Below are positions 19,111 to 28,733 of a DNA stretch of 64,000 bases, in pieces (position 1 is the stretch's first letter; every line of letters begins with the position of its first letter). The stretch is from assembly GCA_965216635.1 (NCBI GenBank), contig OZ244188.1, forward strand, positions 136,001-200,000, written 5' to 3'. Made by a program: the position numbers and the translations under genes. Source of the stretch: a bacterium (GTDB lineage: Bacteria; SAR324; XYD2-FULL-50-16; G965216635). The notes under the pieces are model-generated. The model was not told the origin of the DNA. It was given only the letters and a program-made list of their open reading frames with translations, and made no database searches.

Positions 19111-19180
19111 GCCAAAATAAGTTTGCCAAAATAAGTTTGCCAAAATAAGTTTGCCAAAATAAGTTTGCCAAAATAAGTTT
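19111..19180. repeat. 14-bp tandem repeat GCCAAAATAAGTTT x5 in the promoter region of the second Bdr-like transcription unit (downstream of TTGACT at 19090)
   Basis: Seen directly; the same repeat is present in 2 copies at 20439-20466 upstream of the next unit. Confidence 0.8.
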
Positions 19181-19251
19181 GATTGCTATGATCTTTTTAG
19201 GTAGAATTTATAAAAATAAAACAACCAGCTATAAAAACCTTTAAAAATAAA

Positions 19252-19788
19252 ATGTTAAGAACAACTACAGCACAAAAATTTACTTCTACTAAAATCTACG
19301 ATCTTTTGATTGGACTAGGTGCAGAAAAAAAGAGCGCAGAGATTGCTATTGGAGAGTTTGTAGAACTGGTCCCAAAAGCTTTGGCTTCTAGTACAACAGA
19401 AAATGGTTTGGATGTCACTCTTCCTACGGACAAAGGGGATATCTGGAGATTGGAATCCATCATTTCAGACAACAAGAACGATACAGACAGAATAATAACA
19501 GAGAACAGAAACGACCTAGAAAGAATAATAACAGACAATAAAAATGATACAGACCTAAAACTGAAAGATATTGAGAGTAAAATCGTAAAAACCAAAAGCG
19601 ACTTGATAAGAATAATAACAGACAATAAAAATGATACAGACCTGAAATTTAAGGATATAGATTTAAAAATAGAAAGGATGAGAACAGAAGTAGAAAAAAA
19701 CAAAAACGCTCTATTGATTATAGGAATTTCAACACAGCTAGCAGTTGGTGGGCTGGTTGTGGCTATTTTACAATTTTTACAAAACTAA
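19252..19788 (+). CDS. Bdr-like small coiled-coil membrane protein (178 aa; C-terminal cassette …AILQFLQN)
   Basis: Paralog family as above. Confidence 0.55.
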   Translation: MLRTTTAQKFTSTKIYDLLIGLGAEKKSAEIAIGEFVELVPKALASSTTENGLDVTLPTDKGDIWRLESIISDNKNDTDRIITENRNDLERIITDNKNDTDLKLKDIESKIVKTKSDLIRIITDNKNDTDLKFKDIDLKIERMRTEVEKNKNALLIIGISTQLAVGGLVVAILQFLQN

Positions 19789-19795
19789 AAATAAA

Positions 19796-20350
19796 ATGTT
19801 AAGAACAGCTACGACACAAAAATTTACTTCTACCAAAATCTACGATCTTTTGATTGGACTAGGTGCAGAAAAAAAGAAAGCAGAGATTGCTATTGGAGAG
19901 TTTGTAGAACTGAGACCAAAAGCTTTGGCTTCTAGTACAACAGAAACGGGTTTGGATACCACTCTTCCTACGGACAAAGGGGATATCTGGAGATTGGAAT
20001 CTATCATTTCAGAGAACAAGAACGATACAGATATAAAACTGAAAGATATTGAGAGTAAAATCGTAGAAACCAAAAGCGACCTAGAAAAAACTATAGCAAA
20101 AACCAAAAGCGACCTAGAAAAAACTATAGCAAAAATCGAAAGCAACCTAAAAGAAACTATAGCAAAAATCGAAAGCAACTTAAAAGAAACTATAGCAAAA
20201 AATAAAAGCGATACCGATTTAAAAATAGAAATGATGAGAACAGAAGTAGAAAAAAACAAAAACGCTTTATTGATTATAGGAATTTCAACACAGCTAGCAG
20301 TTGGTGGGCTGGTTGTGGCTGCATTACAGCTTTTAAAAGTTTTGACTTAA
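19796..20350 (+). CDS. Bdr-like small coiled-coil membrane protein (184 aa from MLRTATTQ; ORF-track start 19745 is an extension into the upstream gene). Separated by only 7 bp from the upstream paralog
   Basis: Paralog family as above. Confidence 0.55.
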   Translation: MLRTATTQKFTSTKIYDLLIGLGAEKKKAEIAIGEFVELRPKALASSTTETGLDTTLPTDKGDIWRLESIISENKNDTDIKLKDIESKIVETKSDLEKTIAKTKSDLEKTIAKIESNLKETIAKIESNLKETIAKNKSDTDLKIEMMRTEVEKNKNALLIIGISTQLAVGGLVVAALQLLKVLT

Positions 20351-20438
20351 TAAAGTAGCAGAAAAGTTTAGCTTATCTGCAAAATGTATTTTGGTGAGGG
20401 GATATTTTTTTGGGGCATTGACTTTAAAAGGAGAATTT

Positions 20439-20466
20439 GCCAAAATAAGTTTGCCAAAATAAGTTT
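20439..20466. repeat. 14-bp tandem repeat GCCAAAATAAGTTT x2 (same promoter context as 19111-19180)
   Basis: Seen directly. Confidence 0.8.
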
Positions 20467-20536
20467 GATTGCTATGATGTTTTTAGTAGAATTTATAAAA
20501 ATAAAACAACCAAAATAAAAACTTTTAAAAAATAAA

Positions 20537-21106
20537 ATGTTAAGAACAACTACAGCACAAAACTTTACTTCTACTAAAATCTACGATCTTTTGATTGGAC
20601 TAGGTGCAGAAAAAAAGAAAGCAGAGATTGCTATTGGAGAGTTTGTAGAACTGAGACCAAAAGCTTTGGCTTCTAGTACAACAGAAACTGGTTTGGATGT
20701 CACTCTTCCTACGGACAAAGGGGATATCTGGAGATTGGAATCTATCATTTCAGAGAACAAGAACGATACAGATATAAAACTGAAAGATATTGAGAGTAAA
20801 ATCGTAGAAACCAAAAGTAACCTAGAAAAAATAATAACAGAAAACAGAAACGACCTAGAAAAAATAATAACAAAAAACAGAAACGACCTAGAAAAAATAA
20901 TAACAGACAACAGAAACGACCTAGAAAGAATAATAACAGACAATAAAAATGATACAGACCTGAAATTTAAGGATATAGATTTAAAAATAGAAAGGATGAG
21001 AACAGAAGTAGAAAAAAACAAAAACGCTCTGTTATTCTGGGGTGTGACAGCCCAGCTGACTATTGGTGGGTTGGTTGTGACTATACTACAATTTTTACAA
21101 AACTAA
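20537..21106 (+). CDS. Bdr-like small coiled-coil membrane protein (189 aa; C-terminal cassette …LLFWGVTAQLTIGGLVVTILQFLQN)
   Basis: Paralog family as above. Confidence 0.55.
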   Translation: MLRTTTAQNFTSTKIYDLLIGLGAEKKKAEIAIGEFVELRPKALASSTTETGLDVTLPTDKGDIWRLESIISENKNDTDIKLKDIESKIVETKSNLEKIITENRNDLEKIITKNRNDLEKIITDNRNDLERIITDNKNDTDLKFKDIDLKIERMRTEVEKNKNALLFWGVTAQLTIGGLVVTILQFLQN

Positions 21107-21113
21107 AAATAAA

Positions 21114-21617
21114 ATGTTAAGAACAACTACAGCACAAAACTTTACTTCTACTAAAATCTACGATCTTTTGATTGGACTAGGTGCGGAAAAAAAGAAAGCA
21201 GAGATTGCTATTGGAGAGTTTGTAGAACTGAGACCAAAAGCTTTGGCTTCTAGTGCAGCAAAAACGGGTTTGGATACCACTCTTCCTACGGACAAAGGGG
21301 ATATCTGGAGATTGGAATCTATCATTTCAGAGAACAAGAACGATACAGATATAAAACTGAAAGATATTGAGAGTAAAATCGTAGAAACCAAAAGTAACCT
21401 AGAAAGAATAATAACAGACAACAGAAACGATCTAGAAAGAATAATAACAGACAATAAAAATGATACAGACCTGAAATTTAAGGATATAGATTTAAAAATA
21501 GAAAGGATGAGAACAGAAGTAGAAAAAAACAAAAACGCTCTATTGATTATAGGAATTTCAACACAGCTAGCAGTTGGTGGGCTGGTTGTGACTATACTAC
21601 AATTTTTACAAAACTAG
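21114..21617 (+). CDS. Bdr-like small coiled-coil membrane protein (167 aa)
   Basis: Paralog family as above. Confidence 0.55.
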   Translation: MLRTTTAQNFTSTKIYDLLIGLGAEKKKAEIAIGEFVELRPKALASSAAKTGLDTTLPTDKGDIWRLESIISENKNDTDIKLKDIESKIVETKSNLERIITDNRNDLERIITDNKNDTDLKFKDIDLKIERMRTEVEKNKNALLIIGISTQLAVGGLVVTILQFLQN

Positions 21618-22065
21618 AGACCTTTATTAGCGTTCTGTTTAGCCTATGCAGCGTTGAAAAATTTTTTTAACTCTTGAAATATCACACATATTCCAGCGAG
21701 CTAAAAAAATTTTTCGCCTTGCCTAGCCGTCACATAACACTAATACAAAACTCTCACTAAAAATAGGACCTTTATTAGCGTTCTGTTTAGCCAAAACAAG
21801 CTTATTGCTTGAAACTATTTATGGGCTATAGAAAAAGTGCCTTTTGGCACTTTTTCATTTCTTTTTTGGAGTATGCAAAGTTTGTAGTGCCCTGATCCCA
21901 TTATTGTGGCACTACGCCATTGAAAAATTTTTTTAACTCTTGAAATATCACACATATTCCAGCGAGCTAAAAAAATTTTTCGCACCTGTTCTAACCATTT
22001 GGCTAGCCGTCTTAAGAACAACTACAGCACAAACTCTCACTAAAAATAAGACCTTTGCGGGATTT
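21615..22065. mobile_element. Cluster of degenerate/partial MITE-like copies (two internal segments …AACTCTTGAAATATCACACATATTCCAGCGAGCTAAAAAAATTTTTCGC…), interleaved with a fragment of a Bdr-like gene start (CTTAAGAACAACTACAGCACAAA at about 22012-22034)
   Basis: Direct comparison with the full copies at 16384 and 59556 and with the Bdr-like 5' ends (ATGTTAAGAACAACTACAGCACAAAA). Confidence 0.5.
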
Positions 22066-24024
22066 TTATTTTTCGTTGGCACTTTTAACCAATGCAGCGT
22101 AACTTCCTTTTTTTCTTAGCAATTCTTGGTGTGTGCCTCTTTCTGTGATTTTTCCATTTTGTAAGAAAAGGATTATATCGGATTGTTGGATGGTGCTGAG
22201 TTGGTGGGCTATGGCTATCACTGTTTTTTGGGAAAATATTTTCTGTATTGCCTTGTTAATTTTGGTGGTGGTGATGCTATCTACTGTGCTGGTCACTTCG
22301 TCTAGTAAGAACAATTCTTTTTTTTGGGCTACAATTCTGGCTAGGCTGATTAGTTGCGCCTGCCCTGAAGATAAATTTTTTCCGTTATCTGTAATTTGAA
22401 AGTTGAGCCCTTTTTTCATTTTTTTGACAAAATCTAGAGCATCTACATAGTTTAAAGCTTCTAGAACATCTTTTTTTGTAATTTCTTTTTTGGCAAGATT
22501 GACATTAAATTCTACAGATTCATTAAATAGATAAGTATCTTGAAATTGAATAGAAGCAAAATCTAGCAATAATTTTTTGGGTATTTTTTTCAATTCTATT
22601 CCGTTGATTTGAATTTCGCCTTCGTAGTCTTCGTATTGCTTGCTTAAAACCCTTAGAATGCTGCTTTTTCCGCACCCAGTAGCTCCAACCAAAGCCAATT
22701 TTTGTTTTGAATGCAAAGTAAAGGAAATATTTTTTAACACATATTCTGAAGTATCAGGGTAGCGAAAGGAAACATTCTTAAAAGTAATTTTTTTCATTTT
22801 TTCTAGTGTTTTATTCTGATATATCGGCAAAACTGGCTCTGGTTCTATTTTTTGGCGGAAGAGGTTTTCAATTTGATCTAACGAAGAAAGAGCTCTTTGA
22901 ATAGTAGATATTTGTTGAAAAAGCTCGCGTATCGGCACAAAACATTTTTGTAAAGCGTTCATAAAGGCAATCACTACACTAATGCTAATGAGTTGCTTGA
23001 TGGAAAGATGGGCAGCATACCAAAGCACCACTAAAACACAAATAATAGAAATGCCTTCTATAAAAGCGGTTAGAAAGGATTCGTATTTGTTGACATTTTT
23101 TTGTTGTTTGAAAAATTCATTGTTTTTTTTTTGATAATTCCACAATACTTTTTCTTCGGCTAGATAGAGTTGGACGGTCTGCATTCCTTGAATACACTCG
23201 CTGAGGTAAGCAGCAGCCTTAGCAAGCACCGATCTGGCTATGAGATAGGCTTCTCTCATTAGACTGCGGACAACATGAGCTACTCCCCAAATGATGGGAA
23301 AAAATAAACTAACAATTACAGCCAGTTTCCAATTTAAGAAATAGAGCAGCGCAAAAAGAAAGATGGTTTTAATGAAATCTACTAAAAAGGTTAGCACTCC
23401 TATTGCTAAAGATTCTTGCACATTTTCAAAGTCGCTAGTAAGTCTGGAGAGTAGTCTTCCCAAAGGCTCTTTATCAAAAAATTTTTTAGGAAATTGCAAA
23501 ATTCTGGCAAATAAATCTTGCCTCATATTGACGATGGATCTTTGTGCTATATATTGTAAAGAAAAAGAATAGATGAATTCAAAAACGATACTCAGTAGTA
23601 AAGAAGCTAATAATGCTCCTACCCACAATTTCATTGTAGCCAAATTTTTATGAATGAGGATTTGATCGCTGATTTGCACTACAATCCAAGGCACAGCAAC
23701 AGAAAAAAAAACGAGTAGTGGAATAGCTAAAATAGCGAGGGATAAACTTTTTTTATACTTCAAACTGTAAGAGATAAATCTTTTTAGAATAGCCCAATCT
23801 TTTTTTCGCAGTTCTCCCCTTAGACCTTTGGTTTTGTTTTGAAGCTGGCTAAACTCGCCTTGAATGTTATCTATATGGGTGTGCTCTGTAGAGGAGTTTC
23901 CTAGTTGTGGTTTTACTGTAATGGAATTGTTGCTATATTTTTTTTTATTTATATAACCTATGGGGGGCTTATTTTGTTTCATCTTGTATTTTCCAAGTTT
24001 TGTATAAATAACCTTTCTTTTCAA
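22066..24024 (-). CDS. ABC transporter, fused permease/ATP-binding (MsbA/ABCB-type exporter half-transporter). The real start is probably downstream of the overlap with the upstream gene
   Basis: N-terminal 6-TM domain plus NBD with Walker A GATGCGKSS, signature LSSGQAQ, Walker B LFLLDE. Confidence 0.8.
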   Translation of the reverse strand: MKRKVIYTKLGKYKMKQNKPPIGYINKKKYSNNSITVKPQLGNSSTEHTHIDNIQGEFSQLQNKTKGLRGELRKKDWAILKRFISYSLKYKKSLSLAILAIPLLVFFSVAVPWIVVQISDQILIHKNLATMKLWVGALLASLLLSIVFEFIYSFSLQYIAQRSIVNMRQDLFARILQFPKKFFDKEPLGRLLSRLTSDFENVQESLAIGVLTFLVDFIKTIFLFALLYFLNWKLAVIVSLFFPIIWGVAHVVRSLMREAYLIARSVLAKAAAYLSECIQGMQTVQLYLAEEKVLWNYQKKNNEFFKQQKNVNKYESFLTAFIEGISIICVLVVLWYAAHLSIKQLISISVVIAFMNALQKCFVPIRELFQQISTIQRALSSLDQIENLFRQKIEPEPVLPIYQNKTLEKMKKITFKNVSFRYPDTSEYVLKNISFTLHSKQKLALVGATGCGKSSILRVLSKQYEDYEGEIQINGIELKKIPKKLLLDFASIQFQDTYLFNESVEFNVNLAKKEITKKDVLEALNYVDALDFVKKMKKGLNFQITDNGKNLSSGQAQLISLARIVAQKKELFLLDEVTSTVDSITTTKINKAIQKIFSQKTVIAIAHQLSTIQQSDIILFLQNGKITERGTHQELLRKKGSYAALVKSANEK

Positions 24025-25735
24025 GCAATTCTTTAAAAGTTCCTTTTTCTACTATTTTTCCTTGCTCTAAAACTAAAATATAATCCGCGTGTGATAACAC
24101 CCTTGCTCTGTGAGAAATAATAAGAACGCTACTGCTATGCTCTTTTTTTATAATTGTTTTTAGTAAAATATTTTCGGTTTCATAATCTAGGGCAGACATA
24201 ATATTATCCAAAATCAAGAGTTCACAATTTTCTAGCATTGAGCGAGCAAAAGAAATACGCTGCTTTTGTCCTCCGGAAAGCATAATTCCTTTTTCGCCTA
24301 TGAGGGTTTCTTTTTTCTTAGGAAAAATTTTGAGTTCGTTGGTAAGGGCTGATTTTTCAAAAATAGTCCGCCACTCTGCTTTAGTAAGGATTTGCTCTGT
24401 TCTCGCTCCGAAAAGAATGTTGTTTGCCACTGTATCGGAAAAAAGAAAGGAATCTTGAGTAACGCTACGGATTAGTTTTCTTAAAATGCGGTAATCAATA
24501 TCTTCTATATCTAAATTCCCTATAAAAATACTACCCCTAGGGGCAGAGACATATTTATTCAAGCATCTTGCAAGCGTAGTTTTACCAGAGCCGACAGAAC
24601 CTAACACTCCCACAACTTGCCCTTTTTTTATGGAGAAGTTTAAATTTTTTAGCACCGCAGATTCCTTGTCTTCGGGGTAGCAAAAATTCAAATTTTTAAA
24701 CCTAATACCTTTAGCTAACTCCTTTTTTACCTGTTCTAGTTTTTGTTTGTCCTTAGTGTTGTAAGCATTTTCTTGAGCGAAAATACTATAAACGCTTTGC
24801 AAACCTAATCTGCCTTGTAGTAAAACATTTAAAAACCATCCCATACTCGCCAAAGGTGGTGTCAGAAAAGCAGTATAGCTAATCATTGCAGTAATGTCTC
24901 CTATCGTAAAATTGCCTTCAAAAAAATAAATACCACCGACGAAAAAAATTAAGGCTTTGAGCAGACTATCTGTATTATTCAAAATGGGGGAAAACAGGGA
25001 CCTGATTCTGGAAGCCTTGATAGAATTTTGATAAAGTTCTTGATTTTGTTTTGCAAAGTGCTCCTTACTCCAATCTTGCAGATCACAAGAGCGGATCACC
25101 TCCAAACCGTTAAGACTAGAGAGGATACTATTAGATAGCTGTTGCAAACATTTAATCCTTTTGAGGTAAAATTTCATAGAGTAGATAATTCCAGTATGAA
25201 TACCTGAAAAAAGCACAATCAAAGTGATAATGGTGTAGATAGTAACAGTGGGAGAAATTTGCCACATTTTGTAAGGAATGATAGAGAAGGCGCTAAAAAT
25301 ATTAACTAATTGCATCAAACCAAACCCGCAGAGTAGACGTATCCAAATAGTATCGTTATTGATTTGGGAAATAATTTTTCCAGCAAGATTTTTCATAAAA
25401 TACTCACGGGGTAATCGGGTAATTTTTTCAAATAGTTGATTTTTTACCTCAAACTCTATTTTTCTAGCAGTATTAAAAAAAAAAATTCTGGAAAGAGTTC
25501 TGACTCCTACCACCGCCACAGTTAAAAATATAGCCCATCCTACTGCTTGCAAAAATACATTTTGAGATGGATTTACTCCTTGGTACATAAAATCTATAAT
25601 TTCTTTGATACGGATAGGAATAGACGCTAAAATATAGTTCGTAAGTAGGATGAAAACGATTCCTAAAAGATAACTATATTTGTATTTAAAAACATAGCTT
25701 AAAAGAAAACGAAAACTTGGATGGATTTTTAGCAT
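23969..25735 (-). CDS. ABC transporter, fused permease/ATP-binding (second half-transporter; likely heterodimer partner)
   Basis: TMD + NBD (GSVGSGKTT, LSGGQKQR, LLILDN). Confidence 0.8.
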   Translation of the reverse strand: MLKIHPSFRFLLSYVFKYKYSYLLGIVFILLTNYILASIPIRIKEIIDFMYQGVNPSQNVFLQAVGWAIFLTVAVVGVRTLSRIFFFNTARKIEFEVKNQLFEKITRLPREYFMKNLAGKIISQINNDTIWIRLLCGFGLMQLVNIFSAFSIIPYKMWQISPTVTIYTIITLIVLFSGIHTGIIYSMKFYLKRIKCLQQLSNSILSSLNGLEVIRSCDLQDWSKEHFAKQNQELYQNSIKASRIRSLFSPILNNTDSLLKALIFFVGGIYFFEGNFTIGDITAMISYTAFLTPPLASMGWFLNVLLQGRLGLQSVYSIFAQENAYNTKDKQKLEQVKKELAKGIRFKNLNFCYPEDKESAVLKNLNFSIKKGQVVGVLGSVGSGKTTLARCLNKYVSAPRGSIFIGNLDIEDIDYRILRKLIRSVTQDSFLFSDTVANNILFGARTEQILTKAEWRTIFEKSALTNELKIFPKKKETLIGEKGIMLSGGQKQRISFARSMLENCELLILDNIMSALDYETENILLKTIIKKEHSSSVLIISHRARVLSHADYILVLEQGKIVEKGTFKELLEKKGYLYKTWKIQDETK

Positions 25736-25831
25736 TGAATACTGTTATAGTGGTAGTAAAATTCTTGCATTAACATTACCAGTATAACAGATAAATTTTA
25801 TATTTTCAATTCCATCAAATATCTGCAGCTA

Positions 25832-26218
25832 ATGAAAAAAGAAAATTCCAACGATAAAAAACTCTTTCAAAAAAAAGAAACGGATCTTTATCAAAAAATA
25901 GTCCATTTAGCCCTAGATATTAAAGCCTTCAATGAACAGGTTTATGATTTACGCGAGGTGAGCGCAGAAATGGATTATGCTGTTTTAGTCAACAGTAATT
26001 CCATAATGCACGCTAAAGGTATTAGTGAAAATGTAGAACTACAACTAAAAAAACAAAATGTTTATGCATTAGGAATAGAAGGGAAAAAAGGTAGCGACTG
26101 GATTTTGATGGATTACAACGAAGTTATTTTGCATATTTTTACCGATGAAGCAAGAGAGCACTACGATTTAGATACTGTCTTCCAAAAATATTTCAAAGCT
26201 ACAAAAATAAATCTATGA
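25832..26218 (+). CDS. rsfS: Ribosomal silencing factor RsfS (Iojap family)
   Basis: 128 aa; conserved DWILMDYNEVILHIFTDEAREHYDLDTVF motif region. Confidence 0.75.
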   Translation: MKKENSNDKKLFQKKETDLYQKIVHLALDIKAFNEQVYDLREVSAEMDYAVLVNSNSIMHAKGISENVELQLKKQNVYALGIEGKKGSDWILMDYNEVILHIFTDEAREHYDLDTVFQKYFKATKINL

Positions 26219-27021
26219 AAAATTTTCATAAGTCTCTTGCTTTTGTCACACAAAAATACGCCTATAAAGAATCCAGTTTTGTGTGTAATATTTTCAGTCA
26301 AAAATTCGGTAAAGGAAAATTTATGCTTTACGGAGCTACAAAAAATCAGAAGCAATTAAGCAACTATCAAGTGGGCAGTATTATTTCCATAGAAGCAATC
26401 CAAAAAACAACGAGTGAGTGGTTAAGCATCTACGATAACCAGTTAGTTTTAGAAAAAAATCCTAAAGACTATAATGCTTTTTCTTTTCTTTCTTTTATTT
26501 TGGAGTGGGTTTTAAAATGCGAATTTAGTGACAATCTTTTTGAAAAAATTTTTGAAAAATACCACAGCTTGTATCAAAAAATAGATGAACCCTATCCAAG
26601 AATAGTCTATTCTTTTTTGAATTTTTTTTTTCAAGTACTGAGAATGAACGGGTTTGCTCTAAACTGGAAAAATTGTAAATATTGCCAACAGACGAGCTAT
26701 CAAAAAGACGAGCAGCGAGGGTATATTTTTAGAAAAGAAAACTACGATTTTGAGTTTTCCAGCGCTTCTATTGTTTGTAGCCAGTGTTGTAGCGATAAAA
26801 AATTTTCTTTGCAGGCGGCAAATATAAAAATTTTCTTTCATCTATTTTACGAAAATGAAATAACTGCAGAAAATATTCCTCCATCTCTGTTAGCACAGAA
26901 TCTGATTTTACTTTTACAAGCCTACCTTTATCACTACCCAATGAGGCTGAAGTCTGCAGAAAATTTGATGAATTGCTTGAAAGCTATTAGTGCTAATGTG
27001 GAGAGTAAACCTGTTTTATGA
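26215..27021 (+). CDS. recO: Probable DNA repair protein RecO (N-terminal OB-fold-like region, C-terminal CxxC…CxxCC zinc motif)
   Basis: 268 aa; four-Cys cluster CKYCQQ…CSQCC; N-terminal similarity in pattern to RecO. Weak call. Confidence 0.4.
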   Translation: MKNFHKSLAFVTQKYAYKESSFVCNIFSQKFGKGKFMLYGATKNQKQLSNYQVGSIISIEAIQKTTSEWLSIYDNQLVLEKNPKDYNAFSFLSFILEWVLKCEFSDNLFEKIFEKYHSLYQKIDEPYPRIVYSFLNFFFQVLRMNGFALNWKNCKYCQQTSYQKDEQRGYIFRKENYDFEFSSASIVCSQCCSDKKFSLQAANIKIFFHLFYENEITAENIPPSLLAQNLILLLQAYLYHYPMRLKSAENLMNCLKAISANVESKPVL

Positions 27022-27226
27022 AGGCATTCTAAAGTAATTAACACACAACAAATATATTTAAAAAATTAGTGGTTGCAATAATATTATTTTTATTATACAT
27101 TTAAGCAATGCAGTGTAAGTATGTTTGTGAAAGATAGAGAATTTATTAAAAAAAACTTATAAACAAAGAACGCACCAAGCAAGAAGCAAAAAACTCCCTT
27201 CTTGCCAAAGATAAAATACATAAAAA

Positions 27227-27712
27227 ATGAAAAATTGGTTTCGCTTAACTCATCCACCAGCCACTTTGCTCACTAGCTTGAAAGCAGGTATAGGAGCTGG
27301 TGTTGCCATAGGCTGCTTATTTTTAGTGAGTCAATTTTCTGGAGAATTATTGATTATGGCTCCTTTTGGTGCGAGTAGTGTCTTGCTTTTTGCAGTTCCT
27401 CAAAGTCCTTTAGCTCAACCTGCAAATCTTATAGGAGGACATCTTTTGAGTTCAGCTATAGCTTTAATCTGTGTCTATTTTATTAAAGAGCCTTTGCTAG
27501 CACTCCCTCTAGCTATGATGCTCTCTATCGGACTGATGGCATTTTTTAGACTTACTCATCCACCGGCAGGAGCAGATCCTATTGTAATTGTTTTGGGAGA
27601 ACATACTTGGGAATTCTTTTTTTTTCCTGTATTTATTGGTAGTGTGCTATTGCTTGTTTTAGCAGTATTATATCACCGATTAATTACTAAAATAAAATAT
27701 CCACTAATATAG
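27227..27712 (+). CDS. HPP-family integral membrane protein
   Basis: Two LTHPPA motifs and 4 predicted TM helices (161 aa). Confidence 0.6.
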   Translation: MKNWFRLTHPPATLLTSLKAGIGAGVAIGCLFLVSQFSGELLIMAPFGASSVLLFAVPQSPLAQPANLIGGHLLSSAIALICVYFIKEPLLALPLAMMLSIGLMAFFRLTHPPAGADPIVIVLGEHTWEFFFFPVFIGSVLLLVLAVLYHRLITKIKYPLI

Positions 27713-27715
27713 AAA

Positions 27716-28726
27716 ATGATAACCATAATTATAATCGGAATAATTGTACTTCTGCCGTTAGTTTATCTTTCTTTGCTAAAAGGCGAATACGAAGTAAAAA
27801 GAAATATCCTAATCCATAAAAAAGCAAAAGTAATTTTTGATAAAATTTGTGATTTTAAGACTTGGAATGAATGGAGTCCTTGGCTAATTCACGAACCAGA
27901 AACGAAAATCGTCTATAGCCGTGACTTCCAAAAAGAAGGTGGCAGTTATACTTGGGACGGTAAAACTATCGGGTCGGGTAAATTAACGCATACCCGTTTA
28001 GTTTCACCTAACAAAATTGAGCAAAGAATTGATTTCATCAAACCTTTTCGTGCTGTTTGTAGAGTTGCTTGGAAAATTGAAGAAGAAAAAGGGAGCAGCA
28101 AAGTTACTTGGATTATGCAAGGAAAAATGCCTTTCTTGTTTCGCTTTATGACTGCAAAAACAGTCTGTATGATAGAAAAAGACTACGATTTTGGTTTGGC
28201 TATGATCAACGGAATTTTGGATAGCAAGGCAGAAAGACCTGAACTTAGTTTTAATGGAAAAACAGTGTTGGCAGAACAAAACTGTTTAACTAAGTCTTAC
28301 ACTGGTTCTTTTGATAATTTAAAATCAGTAATGTCGCAAACATTTCCCGAGCTTTATCAATACATAGTGAAATCTGAAAACTTAGAAATTGCGGGAGTGC
28401 CTTTTACCGCTTATCGCAAAATGAGCCCAAAGAAAAACACGGTAAAACTGGATATATGCATTCCCATTAAAGGAAGTAGTAGCGCAAACACTTATGAAAT
28501 TAAAACTTTTCCAGCGGGTAAATATTTCAAAAGCACACTCAAAGGAAATTATAAATTTTTAGAGTTTGCTTGGCCCCAAAGTTTTAACCATCTTAAAATG
28601 CAGAAAAAAATACAAAAAATGAGATTTGATTGGCGAAGAGTTTGTTTAGAGTTTTATCCTAATGATCCTACAAAACTAAAACATACTAACGATACTCTTA
28701 CTGAGATCTATATTCCTATAAAATAA
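27716..28726 (+). CDS. Membrane-anchored protein with SRPBCC (polyketide cyclase/START-like) N-domain and GyrI-like effector-binding C-domain
   Basis: N-terminal TM helix; WNEWSPW motif typical of SRPBCC domains; C-terminal half resembles the AraC-effector/GyrI-like fold. Weak call. Confidence 0.35.
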   Translation: MITIIIIGIIVLLPLVYLSLLKGEYEVKRNILIHKKAKVIFDKICDFKTWNEWSPWLIHEPETKIVYSRDFQKEGGSYTWDGKTIGSGKLTHTRLVSPNKIEQRIDFIKPFRAVCRVAWKIEEEKGSSKVTWIMQGKMPFLFRFMTAKTVCMIEKDYDFGLAMINGILDSKAERPELSFNGKTVLAEQNCLTKSYTGSFDNLKSVMSQTFPELYQYIVKSENLEIAGVPFTAYRKMSPKKNTVKLDICIPIKGSSSANTYEIKTFPAGKYFKSTLKGNYKFLEFAWPQSFNHLKMQKKIQKMRFDWRRVCLEFYPNDPTKLKHTNDTLTEIYIPIK

Positions 28727-28733
28727 GAGACTG

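Noticed and set aside
18700-21500. Possible CRISPR array suggested by regularly spaced about 33-bp direct repeats
   Set aside because: The repeats are in-frame coding units (11-aa coiled-coil repeats) inside genes, contiguous without unique spacers, and no cas genes are nearby
18545-21532. Antisense ORFs of 124-146 aa on the minus strand across every Bdr-like gene of array 1 (and the plus-strand equivalents 53009-56759 in array 2)
   Set aside because: They are mirror frames of the 33-bp coding repeats (low-complexity S/F/L-rich translations), have no independent conservation signal, and are fully contained within the better-supported sense genes
21815-22021. 68-aa ORF on minus strand
   Set aside because: Lies entirely within degenerate MITE/gene-remnant repeats; no coding signal
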